From assembly GCF_000181795.1 (NCBI RefSeq), contig NW_003526941.1, positions 2,507,700-2,571,699 on the forward strand: 64,000 bases of DNA, in the 5' to 3' direction. The notes below the pieces were generated by a model. That model was not told the DNA's origin. It worked only from the letters and a program-made list of their open reading frames with translations, and did not search any database. Position numbers and translations under genes: made by a program. The stretch comes from Trichinella spiralis. Its lineage: Eukaryota. Shown here in pieces: positions 36,993 to 51,900 of the stretch. How positions within the stretch are numbered: position 1 is the stretch's first letter; the number at the start of each line of letters is the position of its first letter.

Positions 36993-38249
36993 GTACGTAC
37001 TCTTTTATTATGCGTACGTGTAAATAGATTAAAGATTTCTTTTTTTTGCAATTTATTTCGATTTATACAAACAACGTCTGTTCATCAATTCATATAATGA
37101 ATATCTGTGAAATTGTATAATTATTGTATCTTTCATACAGTTTTTACATGGGATGTATTGTTTTTGCATCAGGTTTACTGAGAGAAAGAAATTGTTAAAA
37201 TGACAACTGTTCCACGTGATGATATGAACAACATTTATTGCATACAAAAGTATAATGTACTATGCCGTCAGGGTCGACATAGGATGGTGTTCAATTCACG
37301 AACGATAATTACGCTCGTGGTGGTGGTTGTACAGTGGGGAGTTGTTTATGCAGTGATGAATTTTTGTTCTCTAAAAATTTTAAAATCATTCTTACAATTT
37401 TCAAAAAAAATTCAATGAATTTTTGAAAATGTCCATTTTAAAAGTTGGCAATTTTATTGAACAGAGAATAATGATCAGGTAGCAAGAGAAAAGTGGTTTT
37501 GTTCTTGCAATTTTTCTTTTTCATGAAATGCTTTTCATTAATTTGACTGGTGAAAATTTTTGTCCAGCTGTCTGGAGTTGGAAAATGCGCAATTATTACA
37601 GTCGAACGTGTTCTTCAGGAGTGGGAAGTTGAAGTGAATGAAATTGCTTCGATTGTATTTTTAATGAATAGAGCTTTCTTTTCAAGAGCTTCAGTTTCCC
37701 AGCATTTTTCAATTTATTTTTAAAAAATTTGAATTAAAAATAATATTCAATAATCGATTTATTTATGCATGGGAAAAGAAACAAAACTTAAAGAACAATA
37801 AACTATTCGGAGTGTTGAAGCAATGAACAAAACGGTAAAAATGATTTAACTGAGGAAATTTGTTTGCGAATATTTTTCCACTGACGGGTGTGATGCATGG
37901 TTATTGTTTATTTATTTATTCATTTATTTATTTGTCTCATGCTTTTGGTCAAAATTTTTGGACTTTATGACGACGTCATATTTATGACGGTTCTCTCGGC
38001 GCAGAGGGACGAGGCTAATTTTGTTGGTTGATGCGGCAGCTTACGCAGAAACAACTTTGTTTACTTGTTTCTATGTTCGCTTATTGATTTGAAAATGACA
38101 CTCTGGCTTAAAAATGTTTCGTTTGATCGGCAGTGAATTGGCAAGAAAACGGCCAGAGCGAATCTTTCCTTTTATCGTTCTGTACAGAAGTGAAGCTCTT
38201 CTTACCGCTGTTCATGGTTTGTTATTCTTACTTCTCTTTCCACATGCAT

Positions 38250-38425
38250 CTACATACTTGTATACATGTATATGTATATCTATGTAAATATATATATATA
38301 TATATATATATCTATATACATCTATGTGAGTGTGTGTGTGTGTGTCCGTACATGCATACATATATATACATATATACATATGTATATATGTGTGTATGTG
38401 TATGTTTATATCTGCATATGATATA
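38250..38425. repeat. Compound alternating purine-pyrimidine (TA/TG/CA) tract
   Basis: Direct inspection. Confidence 0.9.
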
Positions 38426-40565
38426 TGTGGTTTTTTCTTCCTTTTTTCCTTCGTTGCCATGTTTATCACTTTTTGCTGTCAATTTTGAAAAGCGTTTATT
38501 GACTTCTACGGCAGCTGTACACGCAATCGATTGAAAAAGAGTAAATTGCACTCGTCTCATAGATTTTGAAAATGCAAGTTTTCAGTTGTGTGTCAATTTG
38601 GTTGTGATATGAACCATCAACACGCTTTCCCAATGATTCATGGTTTGTTTTCTTATCTTTTTCACGGGCTTTTCATTTGAGTCCAAAGTTTAGTTCATAA
38701 ACAACTGGAGATTATTTTTGCCTTTTTGATATTGTTTTATTTTTCTTTTTGAAATCAAAAATTTATTACTCATATTAATAATAATAATAATTACTATTAT
38801 AATTAATATTATTAGCAGTAGTATTATATGCCAATGTTGAATTGTGCTTGATTTGTTAAAAATCTGCATCAAGCAAATCAATCGATGATCGATCCAATTG
38901 AACCAAATTTGTTGTTCAGTGGAAATTTTATTCTGTTATTTTTAACGGGTGTGGTAAGGTAGAGTAATTTCGTTCATGCTATAGATAATATTAATATTTC
39001 TTATTTTATTTCAATTTTATCGTTCCAATTTTTCCTTTTTATCTGCGGCACATTTTTCAACATGACATTCTTTTACAGTGCATCAGTTTAAGTGAAATGG
39101 ACACACACTTTCTTGAAAATTATTTTCACATTTAACATGACACATTGAAATATTTTTTTCCGCATAACATCTGAAGAAATAAATTAGTTGTTAACAAAAA
39201 TATTAAACAGCGGGAAATGAATAACTTCAGCTACATGAATGAATGCGGATGCATTATCATTTTTTGGGTCTGTCTGCATATCAACTGCATCACCACTTTG
39301 CATGTTAAAGTTTTTATTCCTCTGTTCTTCTTCCTCTTGTAGTTTTTTGTTGGTCACAGTTTTTGGTTGCTTTTTGATCAAGTAGTGAATTATAAACAGT
39401 GACTATTGTTGATCAAGCGGCAGATAGCTAATAGAACGCAATCGCATACGAGTGACATTTATTCATGTTGAAAATGTAAATATGCTGGATTTATAAAGAA
39501 AATAAACACATATTGCATATAATTATTGAACTTCATGGTGATGAACAAGTCACAGAAGTAGTATATGTTATTTTCTTTTTACGGTAATACTATGATCATC
39601 ACATCAATAAGGTCATTTAAGGTGAACTAGTACGTTGGTATTGGGATTAAAAGTTATTGTGAAATTTAAAGTTTCATTATTTCTTTTTCTCATTATCTCC
39701 ATTTTATAGCAATGGATGGTGTGTATTTCATTTTTATTTGTATACGATTGTGATGTTTATTTCTGCGGTTTCAAAGTTTATTCATTTACTTACTTATTGA
39801 CGACAAATAGAAGGAAGTTTAACTGTGGTTAGCAGGGGTTCATTTTCCTTTTTTTTGATGTCCAAATAATTGAAATGTAAATTAACAAGCAAAAAAATAA
39901 TATATAATTTTGTAGTTGCAATTTTGAATAGCTTCAATGCTTCATTAATTTAGCGATTGCTAATGAAGAATATATGTGCACATATAATAATAATAACAGA
40001 TATGCTTTTCAGTTGGTTTGCGTTTGCTTTCACAGATATCTTGTTGCACAACAGTTGCACATTTCTGCAAAATGACAGCGTGAAAAGATGACATGAAAAA
40101 CTGGTTGATGTAGTAGTAGACATATTAATTCTAGGAGTGATGTTGTTTGTTGTAAACGATTATTGAGATTTGATGGCACTTTGAGGCGTTTCACCACTGG
40201 TGCCAGCTGTTCGAAGCTTCGGTCTTTGGCCAGGCGGCGTTCTTTGCTAAAACCGAAAACAGATCGATCGATCATTGTTGATTGAGAAGGCCCTCTGCGG
40301 CTGTACACTTCACTATATCTATCTATATATATATATACTATTGCTTTCTTGTTGTGTTGTCCGTCTTCCTAGCTTCCGGCGTCTCATTAACGCTGACGGG
40401 TGCGGTTTCAATACAGCTTAGGCTTGCTAGGGCAGTGGGAGTCGATCGCAACCACCAAAGCGTTGTATAAACTTGTTTACACATTGGTGTGTTTACTGAT
40501 GTTCGTAATCGTCTGAATCCGGCGTGCGACATTTCTCGGTCACTGTCTGTGGTTGGGAATTGATC

Positions 40566-40628
40566 TGTTGTTGTTGTTGTTGTTGTTGTTGTTGTCGTCG
40601 TTGTGCTTGTTGTTGTTGTTGTTGTTAT
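40566..40628. repeat. (GTT)n microsatellite
   Basis: Direct inspection. Confidence 0.9.
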
Positions 40629-41689
40629 TGTGGACACTGCTAATGTTGCAGACATACACTCGTGAACACAGCTCTCACACTACAACGTTAACGTTGTGTT
40701 GTTGTTCTTTCATTGATATCGTCAGTACTTAGCTTTTTTATCAATTTTGCAATTCTGCTTTTATTTCATTGATCTTCTTGTTCTTCTTACCAAAACAGAG
40801 GTAAAAATAGCCTTTCCCATATTTAAAACATTGTTTTCTTAATTTAATCACCAGTTCACTTTGTTCATCATTCGTATTCTGTGTAATGCTTTTCAAATTT
40901 TCATCTTTTACGCATTCGATATATAGATGGCTGTTCTCCTTCCATTTTCTTTACAAAATGCAAAATCATTTATGTATATAATACATATCTAGAATAATTT
41001 TGTTAGTTTGGTTGATGCAATCTGAGTGTGTGGTCAGAATTTTTGATATTTGCCATAAATATTTTGTTATTATCAGTAAATGTTATTCAAGGCTTTGTGT
41101 GAGGTATTTTTTTAATTACTTCGATTGTTTTGAATGAATATCTAGAGCTTGAAAACAGTTTTGAGCATGTGTTGCAAGGCATTGTTCCAGCTAATAATTC
41201 TCAGCATGGCTGCACCATTTTCAGCACAGTTCAAACAATTACTAGTTGGTTGTTTTTTCCAGCTTGCTCCAGCTGGGCTTACAGTTAAATCGGGATTCGT
41301 CTATTTTTTTTTCTTTTACAATGAGCAGACAATTTCTAGCCACAGTGTTGTTGATTAGCTTATTTTTCTCTTCAACAAATGAATTTTCTATTGCACAAAT
41401 TGGATCAAGATGTGATCAGCTGATAAGATTGTACATATGACAATGTACTGGTTGGCAGTTTTGTTCTTGAAAAGCTTTCATTCACATATATATATATATA
41501 TTTATTAACTTTTTTTTTATTTGTTTTTTTAATTTTTTTTGTTTTATATCATATATTCCATATGTAGTTGTTGGGCATTGGTTGCTGAAAAAGTGTAAAA
41601 TTTTAATGAATTGGGCAAAAAAGAGAGCTGTGATAGTATTAAGCCAATTAATTGGTAAACATTCTTTTATTGACGCATGTTTTCGAGAA

Positions 41690-42030
41690 CGAACCCCTCT
41701 GATATTTGAAGAGGACCAGAGGTCATTGACCTTATTGTTTCTTCCTTGTTGCGTGGCATCTTTCGTCGGCATGACTCATGCGGTCAAGCGGTGTTTGGTT
41801 TCTCCAGAATCAAGCCTGCCTGCTGTTCCCCCGCTCATTCCCGTAGTATTGTTTTTTGCATAATCTTTTCCCCGTTCTGGCCCATCCATGCATGATGTAT
41901 CTTTCGGGGATTGGTTTTCTGCCTGACCTGCAGGCCGGGATGGATGCATAAACAACATTTTTTGGCCAATGAAAACAAAGCTTCGTCATGTCTTATTGTC
42001 AACAGTGCCATGTGAAGCAGTTGTTTTTCT
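41690..42030 (-). mobile_element. Possible highly degenerate Gypsy-like LTR retrotransposon fragment (integrase C-terminal region)
   Basis: GC-richer island in a FoxP intron. Broken frames read RHDEALFSL / KMLFMHPS / PRKIHHAWMG, loosely like the F.vGd.Vl...Kl...w.GPy tail of Gypsy integrases. Confidence 0.25.
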
Positions 42031-43269
42031 GTTTTCGTCCATTTTGCCTTATCTACCCACGATCGTGAAACTTTCACCATAATTGTTCATAATAGTGTAA
42101 TGCATTGTTCCAATGTAGCTGAAATGAGCGAAGAAAAATGGTCTGAGAAGGTGAGAAAAATCAACCGACCGCTTCGAATATCCATTTCCAATATTTTATA
42201 CTTCTTATTTCACTTATTATTTTTGAATGAATTTTGCAATACGTTGCATTTAGCGGGTGTGCAATGTGCATTCTGTGCTTCTTTTTCCTGTTCACGCTTT
42301 TCTATAATTTCTGTACAAGGGAATGTTATAAAAATGCGGCTTTCTATTGGCTAAAAAATAATTTGTTGTTCTATTATTATTATTATTATTATTTTATATG
42401 TAAATTTTTGTTTCATCAAAAATATCCATTTCCCTGAGTTATCTGTATGTTTGCTTTCTTTTAAACAATTTCTTTTATTCATCTATTACTCGAGTTTGTC
42501 ATAAGATTATTTATGATTCTGAAAAATCAGTTGTAGTCGTGTAATTCGATGGTGACATGCAAGCATCATTCTACCGACCTAACCTAATTGATAATTTTCT
42601 TACCATTTCAATAGTTCAGTGTTGATAGTTATGGCTGTTTACTTTATTGTTGTTATTTTTGTAAATGTTGTTTTTGATTTTGCATATATTTGGTCGATTT
42701 TCTGATGAAAATCAACCCCATGCACTGGCATTTTCCCAGAGAGTTGTTTTGAATTCAGTCAGTAGGTAGGTTGGTTTGTTAGATGACTAGATGGTTGTTG
42801 GTTTACGCTGGCGGAAATTAGGGGAAAAACAACGTTGACCTCGTCTGGATCACGTCAGTGACCTAAATTACGCAACCACTACAACCAGCCAAGGGTCAGC
42901 AGCTTTTTTTTTGCTTGGATGAGCAGGTGCGCCATCGTTTACTTCTCCATTTGGATTCACCGGATGGTTTTGCCCTCTCTCTTTCCCCCTCAATTGTCAA
43001 CTGTCTAGACGGTCTTCTAATTACAGCAGCGTCTGGGGGAGGGGGGGGGGAACCACAATAATAATAATAATAAGAGAAAACAATGCCGTCACCGACCATT
43101 GTTTGTTAATGGGAAAATGTTGTATCCATTTGAAGCGTATTCAGTGTAGGATTTCAATTCGTCGCTAATAAAGTGCGCCATTCATTTTAACTTTACATAT
43201 GCATTATTTATTTATTTCGTAATTCAAGATAATTTTTTTAAATGGAGAATTCATCATTAGTACATTGTT

Positions 43270-43317
43270 AATAACAATAATAATAATAATAATAATAATA
43301 ATAATTATTATTATTAT
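43270..43317. repeat. (AAT)n followed by (ATT)n, self-complementary microsatellite
   Basis: aataataat...aattattattatt. Confidence 0.9.
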
Positions 43318-45833
43318 GAATGAAAGAAAGTTGGATTGGAAAATGGAAAAAGAAATTTTCTCTTTTTTGTCAAATCACAAGGCAATGAATGCATTTACGT
43401 AATGTTGTGTAATTAATAAACAAGCTCAGTGTTGAATTTTGCTAAAATGGCTTGTGCATTCAATAGCAGATGCGAAAATTTTTATCCTTGTTAATTAACT
43501 TTGTGTAAACGAAGCACATCGATTGTTCACATTGTCATTTCTGCACCATCATTGTTGCTTAATTCAAGCGAAAAATAGATTGTTGAAAAGGTGGACGGAC
43601 GACGATTGGTGTTAATGTTTGAAATTGGTAGTTTTTTGGCTATGGATGGAATTTCAAAAGTGAAAATAAATTTCACGGCTCTTCTGCCGTTTGAAAGATA
43701 TGAAAATTAAAAGCATTGTTTACATTAATTTTGTTAAAGTTATAAAAATACCTACCTGTTGCTTTTGATGCGCGAGTGAGCAAAAAAGGCGGGGAAAGTG
43801 AAGCAGTTTGCAATGATCGATTGGACGTTTGGGAATCGGATGCAACGTCAAGAAAGGAAAGCAGCTTGCTTAATGTGGAAACAGAGGAAAATCGAAGAAG
43901 TGAGAGGAAGTTCGTGAAGTTGTGAATTACATGTAACCGCGTTCCACGTCGGCTCGGCGTTTGATAAGTCCTTTGCAAGAGGGCACCGACAAAAGTTGTT
44001 TATTAACCGTGTGACGATGATCGATGATTTTTTTTCTGCTACGTTTATTAACGATTTTTCTATCAAACTTAGCATTTTCCCAATATTTCTCTCCAGTCGC
44101 GCGAAGAAAAATTTTCATCTTTTGCTACGCAATGCAGTACATCCTCTTTCTCCCTCTCTCCTTTTTCTTCCCTCTTTCACTCCTTATTTCTCCCCTTCTC
44201 CCGCCCCCTTTTCTTCTTCTCTTTCTTTCTCTTTTTCTTTCAACCATTCACGTATACGCAGTGATTATGTTGCTTCAGCTCAGCTTACGCGCAGTACGAG
44301 TGTTATAAACCGATTTAATTGGGATGAATTTCTAATCTTGAAATGGCGCAACTACGTTGAATTGTTGGTTTTTTTGCTTTTTATCAGTCGATGAACGCAT
44401 CAACGCAGCAGTTGTAATAATGATTGTTATAAAAATCAGTAATTATCAGTTTCGTTTTTTCAAATGTGAAATAAATTTCGGCATCACGCATAATTTACGT
44501 AATTTTTAACGAACTAACTTTATAGCGTATCGTTTTTCTTTATTTTCCTTTTTCGAGCTTGTCTATTTAAGTAACTGTAAAATTTTGAATTAAGCAATTC
44601 ACAATTTTATGGGTAAAATTTTTTTAAAGTTTCATAATTATATTGATGTTCAGGCAGTCTGATACAGTATGCTTTTTGCATTTGTATACGCGGAAAATTC
44701 TTTTTCATTGGAAATTTATTATGAAATTTGTTTAATTAAAATGCAGCTACTTTGAGGTTTTTTTAAAAGAATATCATTGACATTTTTTCAAGATTAGTTT
44801 TGTTTAAGTGTTTTATGAAAGAAAGGCATTTTTTCAATGCTGATATTTCATATTTGTAAGTTATAGATATTGGAAAGGTTTAAGAGGATTTGGCCTATGA
44901 TAAAATAGTTTTGAATTTGTACTGTTTTTATTGTTTTTTTATCGTATTGAAGCGAATGTTGGTTGAAAATGGTCGATTGAAATTGCAATTATGAGGGGTC
45001 GAGCAATTGACAGGATGTAAGTGAAGACAATGAAACAAGTTCGACAATAGGTAGAATGCGTAGTTGTTCAATGTTTGCTCAAATTATCGATCTGCACTGC
45101 GTTCTGTGTGTTTACGGGACTTCTTACATAGTGCATATTTTGCTTCGCCCAGCGAATAATCAAACGACCGACGGCCAGCGGGACGTGGCGGCTTGCGATT
45201 TTTTAAAAAGCAGCTTTGCAGTTATCGCGCTTATTGATTCGCATTTTCCATTCAGTGGGCTTGTTTAAGTCGGCATTTATTTATTTATTTATTTATTTAT
45301 TCATTCATTCATTCATTCATTTATGCATGCATGCATGCGTCTATCCATCCATGCATACATACGTACATGCATACAGGCATACAAATATAATGTATGTATA
45401 AATAAATGCAACGTTCCGTTGGAGAGATTGGTTGTTTTTATCGGCGTTACTTTGAATTTAGCTTTTTGCTCGCGGTCGGGTTTGAATGTTTGTTTTGACG
45501 CTTTCATATTCTGCATTGTCATCTTGGATTGAGCAGTTGTGCGTCAAGCATTTGCCGACAGCACTTGTGAGAGGCATGTCGCTTTTGGCAGCGGAATTTT
45601 TGAAAACGAAGTAGCCCATTGGTTGTTGTTGTTGTTGTTGTTTTTGTTTTTTATTCACGTCATCTTTTCTGCATGCATGCAATTTTGCGAGATGCATAAT
45701 CTATCATCTGATATCTCGCGAATGCTCAGTAGCATTTCGTCAGAGTGAATTTTAATAAATTTATTTACTCAAAGTCCAATATATTTATATTTTAAAGTGT
45801 ATTTAATAAATTATCATTTTTGATTGTTTTAAG

Positions 45834-45941
45834 GATAAACCGCAGTTGCAAGAAGAAAAAAGTAGAAGAAATGGCGACACTCATCATATATCCGAGTTGC
45901 AACAGCGTCTGGCCGATTGTACCTCTCTCGACTTTGATTTG
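45834..45941 (+). CDS. FoxP: Probable second coding exon of FoxP
   Basis: ttttaag acceptor, 108 nt open (DKPQLQEEKSRRNGDTHHISELQQRLADCTSLDFDL) and a perfect gtaagt donor. Phase 0-0 fits the exon at 58798. Confidence 0.6.
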
Positions 45942-48900
45942 GTAAGTAACTCTTTATTTTTACATCATTTCTTATTTCCATGTATATTTTTCATCATCTA
46001 TATGAAGTGCTTCATGGTATTTTCAATTTTACTTTATTCCACCTTACAGTTTTCTTCGTATGTCTTGATGGTTTGATTTGAGTTTTTCTCTTCAACGTAT
46101 ATAAAAGGGTTCATCTAGATGTGAAAGGTTTTCTATTTAATTTGAATATTTCTTCTCTTTTGGTAAATGAAGTATTTATTTTTCAAATAACACTTAGCAC
46201 AAATGTTCAAGCATCTGCTTGAGGGTATTGTAATTGAATTTGAGCGGAACAATAGTTTTGTCTTGTATTGTGTATTATTATTTAATGAATATAAGAAACA
46301 AAAAAACAGCACTGTGGAATGACTAAGAAAGTAGTGAATCGTGCTAGTTCAGTCGAGTATGTTTGTTATTTTCTACCGATTTATGTTCAAATTTCATGTG
46401 TGTTCGATGGTTGTTGGCTTTGATTGGTGCATTTGAAATGTGAACAAACAGAGAAAATTTGTTGAACATTTTAGTCGAATTCCATCCGCCAGTGTGAACG
46501 TAGTACGTACGTTCAAAGTGCAAAAGTATTGATAAAGCAGAATTAATTAGACAGCGCAAGCAACATTAACGAACAATTAAATCAACAAATTACGGTTCAG
46601 TAATATAAATTCAGCTAGAGAATATGTTTATTTTGCGCGCAGTTGTTTTACTGTTTAGAAATATTGGAGAATAAGTTTGTCATTATCGCCGGCTGTTGGT
46701 AGTAGATTAGTTGTGTAATTCTGACGTCAATTTTGTTATTTTTCCTCTATCCTCATGTAGCAGAATTGATGATGCTGGCGTTTGTGATGTAAAAGTAAGA
46801 TAGCCCCATCCAACTGTCCAATTCGCTAGTACAACCAATATTGGTCTGGTCGAATGGTGAAATTGCGATATAGCGGATAGATTTGAGGGAGTGGGCAAAC
46901 TGTGTTTGCTTTCTTTTTCGTCGACTACGGCCTAAGATGCTGTCTGAGTTGCTGAATAAAATTCTTCATCGCCGATTTCCTAGTGCACACTGTTCGTTTA
47001 AAGCTGAACAAATAAAAATATACATGGTCAAGAGCAAACAGTTCTTATCCAGCAGTGATATTCAGTTATGCTTCGAGTCATCTTGTTAGCCAAACTGTGC
47101 TTTTTTTTAAATACATACATGTATGGTTTGTTGCTATCTGTGTTCATGTTCTATGGACGAATGAGTGAACACAAACTTCACGTTACACTAATGAACCAAT
47201 GAACTGTTTCAACAGTCTATTATTATTATTGTTGTTGGTGGTGGTGATTGGATAGATTTGATTAACAATTTTGACCATTCGTTATGTCAGAAGGTTGTGT
47301 CCACGTGGAGGATGTTGAATTGACCAATGGTGAAACGGTATGAATGCGATTAAAGATGCCTTTGGTTTATTCTTTTTTTTTCTAAAAGTTATCCGGCAAA
47401 TTATATATATATTTATTTTTTTGTTTATTTTTTCATGTTTTTAATTTGAAAATATGGTTGTCATTTTTCGTGATAGTATTTCTCTTTTTTGTTTTCCTGA
47501 TCATTTCAAATGCCGTAAGAATGAAGAAGCGATTGCGTGCGATTGGTGAAATTTGAAAGCGCGAACATTCGACGTCATTTTGACCAATTTATACAGGAGA
47601 GAGAGAAACGCATGCACAGAATTCGCTTGCATTTTCAATAGGCGCGAAAATCGATTCAAATTTAAGAGCCCAGAGGACAATAATAATTAGCTTTGAATTG
47701 TATGCATATCTACATCACTGCATGCATATGTGCAGGCACTTATTTTTTTTCTTCAATTAAAACGAATCAACAGCTCAGCTATTTTGATCAACTGCGGCTG
47801 GCGGGTTTAGTTTTTATCATTTGATCCTTCGTTTGAAATGCTTGGTTTCAACACAACAACAACAGCAACAACAATTTGATCGTTTGTTTTTGCAAAATAG
47901 CATGCTTTGTATGTGGATATTTATTATTTTATTAAAAATTACTGTGCTGTGATATATAAATTAGCATGAAAGCAAAAAATGCTTGCACTTTTTTTTTGCA
48001 ATTTCAATAGGTAGCAGAGCTTTGTGTTGTTTGTTTTTTTTGTCGTTCTTTTTTTAATACAAGTTGGTTTTTCTCATTTTTGAAAAAGTAATTTTTGAAT
48101 CAATTTTGAAATTGTGAATGAAATCAACGATTTCGATTTGTGATTTTCATTTTGCACTTTTTGTGAAACTGGAAAATATTCTCCAATAATTTCCAGTGAT
48201 CAATTATTGTGTTTATTATTTATTTTTCTTTGAACTCTTCACCCATTTTGTAAACAATTTTCTTTATCTTACAACCAGTCACAGATGGTTGTTGTTTGTT
48301 TGTTTGTTTGTTTGTTTATTTGTTGTTGTTGTTGTTGTTTATTGGACGAAGCTGCTAGTGTTCGTCGCCCCCAAGCAGCGAGTAGTGTTTCATCTGAAAC
48401 TGGATTGTTGTTGTTTTTCGTTGGCATTTTGCCCAGTAAAGCTCACCGTTCTTCTTTCGTGTTTATTTGTTGGGTGGTTGGTTGTTAATTGTTTTTTCTT
48501 GCATTGTGCTTTCGATTGCTTTTAAGAAAAAAGGCTGATCAACAACAGCAACAACAACAACAACAATAATCATAATTATTCAACTGCTTGTTGTTAACAA
48601 AGTGTGTTGTGAAGAAGAAGAGGAAAAAATCATTAGAATTATTATTAATAAATTTTCTTCAGGATTGTTGAAAATTGCTAAAAAAATTTTAATAAAATTC
48701 AGGTGAGCTTTTGTTTTTGTATTATTCTTTTTGTCTTATTAGCTATTGTTGTTGTTGTTGTTGTTGTGGTTGTGGTTGAACGTGGTGAGTGATTGATTGA
48801 ATAATAAGTGATGAAAAGTAGTCGTCAGAATCGATAATTTTTGCGAGGATTATACTTATAGAAGATGTAGATGTAGACGATAGCTTGTTCTGATTTTAAA

Positions 48901-51900
48901 GCATAAATACAAGAAGGAGAGAGAATCATTGAATCAGATTCATTAGCTTATTGGTCTTAGCTGTGCAGCTTTGTGTGGTTTTTTGCTATTCTTTTTTTTA
49001 TATTTGTATTTTCAACCTTCTGGTATTGTGCTTGTTTGTCATCGATTTGCCCTTGTCAACAACAACTTTCAAACATTGACTTTTCTCTCGGTCGATTAAC
49101 TTTCTCATGCGAAAAAAAAGTATTTTTCATAAATCATCGTGGTAAATTAATAAATTCGACGGACGGATTTATTAATTTGTTGTGCATACAATGTGCAGTG
49201 CTGTATTTTTGTTGTTGTCGTTGCTTCACAGTTTATCCGGTGAGTTGAGATAAACTAGCTGCATTTGTGCTTGACGGTGATGATTACGATGATGTGTGCA
49301 TATTTAATAACATTTGTTATTCAATTTTTAATTTGCACAGTATTCTTTTTTCTGTTGAATCTGTTTCAATTTTTCTTCTCTTTATTAATTTTTTGTTCAG
49401 TGACATCACACGTTAAGCAGTGAAAAAAACATATATGGTCTTCTAAACATATTATCCATCATTTGTTGTTGTTGGAAAAGTGATAGTCAGGTAGATTGGT
49501 TAAAAAATTCTTATTTTTCATTTTTTTGGCTCTTGTATTTTACTACACATGTCATGATTTGCATTAATGTGTAATAATTTTTGTAAAATTTTTAAAATTC
49601 AATGAAGCAAACCCAAGAGGCAGAAAAAAATAAAAACAGTACGACTTAGCTTCAATTATGTCATTGATGTTGAAACAGAAAAACAGGAAGGTAATAAAAT
49701 AAAATGGGTAAACAAATTGAACGCAGAGAAAGTGATTTTTGTTTATTTTATTTTTTTGCTAGTGTAAATTTGTTCAAATGAAAACAAATAATTAATATTT
49801 ATTTATTATTTTTTCTCTGTAATAAATTACTGCTGAGAGAGAGGGAGAGAGAGGTAATAGTGGTTGGTGTCTGTCTGTCTGCCTGTATGTTTATTATCGA
49901 ATTATTGTTATCAGTTTTTGATCTTCACATTCCGAATTGGTGTTTTTGTTTGTATTGTGTTTTTATTATTTATTGAAAGCGTTTTCAATTTGTTTATTGG
50001 TTGATTTGAGCTGTGAATGGCGATGGTGAATTTTTGTTTGTTTATTAGTATATATATAGATGTGTGTGTGTGTGTGTGTGCATTGTTTGCACTTGAGCTT
50101 GGACAGTGTTTCCAGTTGCGTTGTGGTGAAGATGTGTGCGTCATTTTTGAGGATAATTCTTCATTGAAATGACAATACTGAATTTATCTTTTTCATTTTG
50201 CTAATTTCTGTTGCTTTCATCTTTTTTCTGTTCGGTAAAACTGGCATGCGTTTGAAGAATACAGTGAGCATTTTATGTTATTTAATTAAATTTTCAATTT
50301 TCTTTTTTCTGCGTACAATCTCATTCAAATGAGGAAGAAGGATGTTAATTTTTCGTTGTTTATTTGTCCACGTAATGTTTGTCGTTATTGTAAGCATCGC
50401 GAAGATTGAGTATACAACAGAAGAGAAGAGCACGGAAAAAATTTTATTATCATACATCTGATGAAAACAAAATATCAATCAAGTATATCTTAAGAATGTT
50501 GAAAACGATTGTTGTAAGCAGTGGAAGTAAAAAAAATACATTCGGATACAGATTTGTGTGGAGGTGCATAAAAACTTGTACGAAGTAGTGGTTGACACTC
50601 GTTTGGCACGACAGACGATGGAATTAATATGCTGATCAATTTTATTTGGCATTTTTGTTCAACAAGTTTCGATTATTGCTGATCATAACGAAAGGATGAA
50701 AGGAACATTGTTGTCGTTGGCATCATGTTGTGGTGTGAATTCATATTTCAATTGAATGGAATTGTTTTCTTCCAAAATTGCAGTTCTTGTGATTTTCTAG
50801 CGGATGCTGTTATCGTGTGCTCAATTAGCGGCTGGCCGTTCGTTCAAACTTGCACCCAATAAACAGCAACAGTAGTAGTTGGTGGAGTCGATTGTAGTAG
50901 TGGTGGCGAAGTATTAGCAGCAGCATCAGTATTGGTAGTAGTAGTAGTAGTAGCAGCAGCAGCAGCAGCAGTGGCAGCTTTGGCTTTGTGAAAAAAAAGC
51001 TTCTTTGTGAAAAACAGTTGAACAAACGAGCAACTTTATGCATGAATTGATGCAGCGTTCAAACGGGATGATTGAGCTTGAAATTCCGCTTTTCAAAGTC
51101 AGCACGTTTAGACCGGACTGGCCGGCTGGCTAGTCGGGTTGTGGAGAATGAACTGCACCACCACTACCATTACCACACCACCACTGCTACCATCATCATC
51201 ATCACCACCATTACCACCAAACAGTAGCAGCAGCAGCAGCAGCAGCAGGGCGTGGTCGGTCGTCATGAGACAGATCGATGATGATGCATGCTCTTGGCTA
51301 GCTGCGAGTTTCACACTTTCAACTCTGATGGGGTATTTTTATTGTTCTAACTAATCAATCCTCATTGTTGGGATATTATTTATTTTTATTTAAATTGGCA
51401 TGCATAAATCCATACATCAGTGTATAATGTATTTGTGTGTGTGTGTGTGTGTGGTGTGTGGAAAATTAGAATTCATTTATTGTATTTTTGCTTTTTTTTA
51501 AAATTTAATTTATTGCAATTCCAGAGAGAATATTTTCATTTTAATATATCCAGAATATTTTCTACAACTGGTATGTGTCCGCTTCTGTTGACCTGTTTTT
51601 AATTTTGAACATCTCTTGGCAATGTATTTTCACATTTGACACAGTGGTTTGTTGCTTTGGGCGAAAATGATCCAACTTAACCGAAGCTGAACGTGCACAG
51701 TAGGAATCATCCCGTATTTCTCAGCTTCAAATTTCATTCGCAAAATTGCTATTGCTATTTTTAATTCATAATTTTCTTTTTCTTAATTTTATATTAATTT
51801 GAATTTATTATTCGTTAATTTTTGTGTTTTTATTCAGATAAATTTGAACTGATTGATCACTGCTCTGTGTTTTTTATAGTGGGCCAAAAAAAGAACTGAT

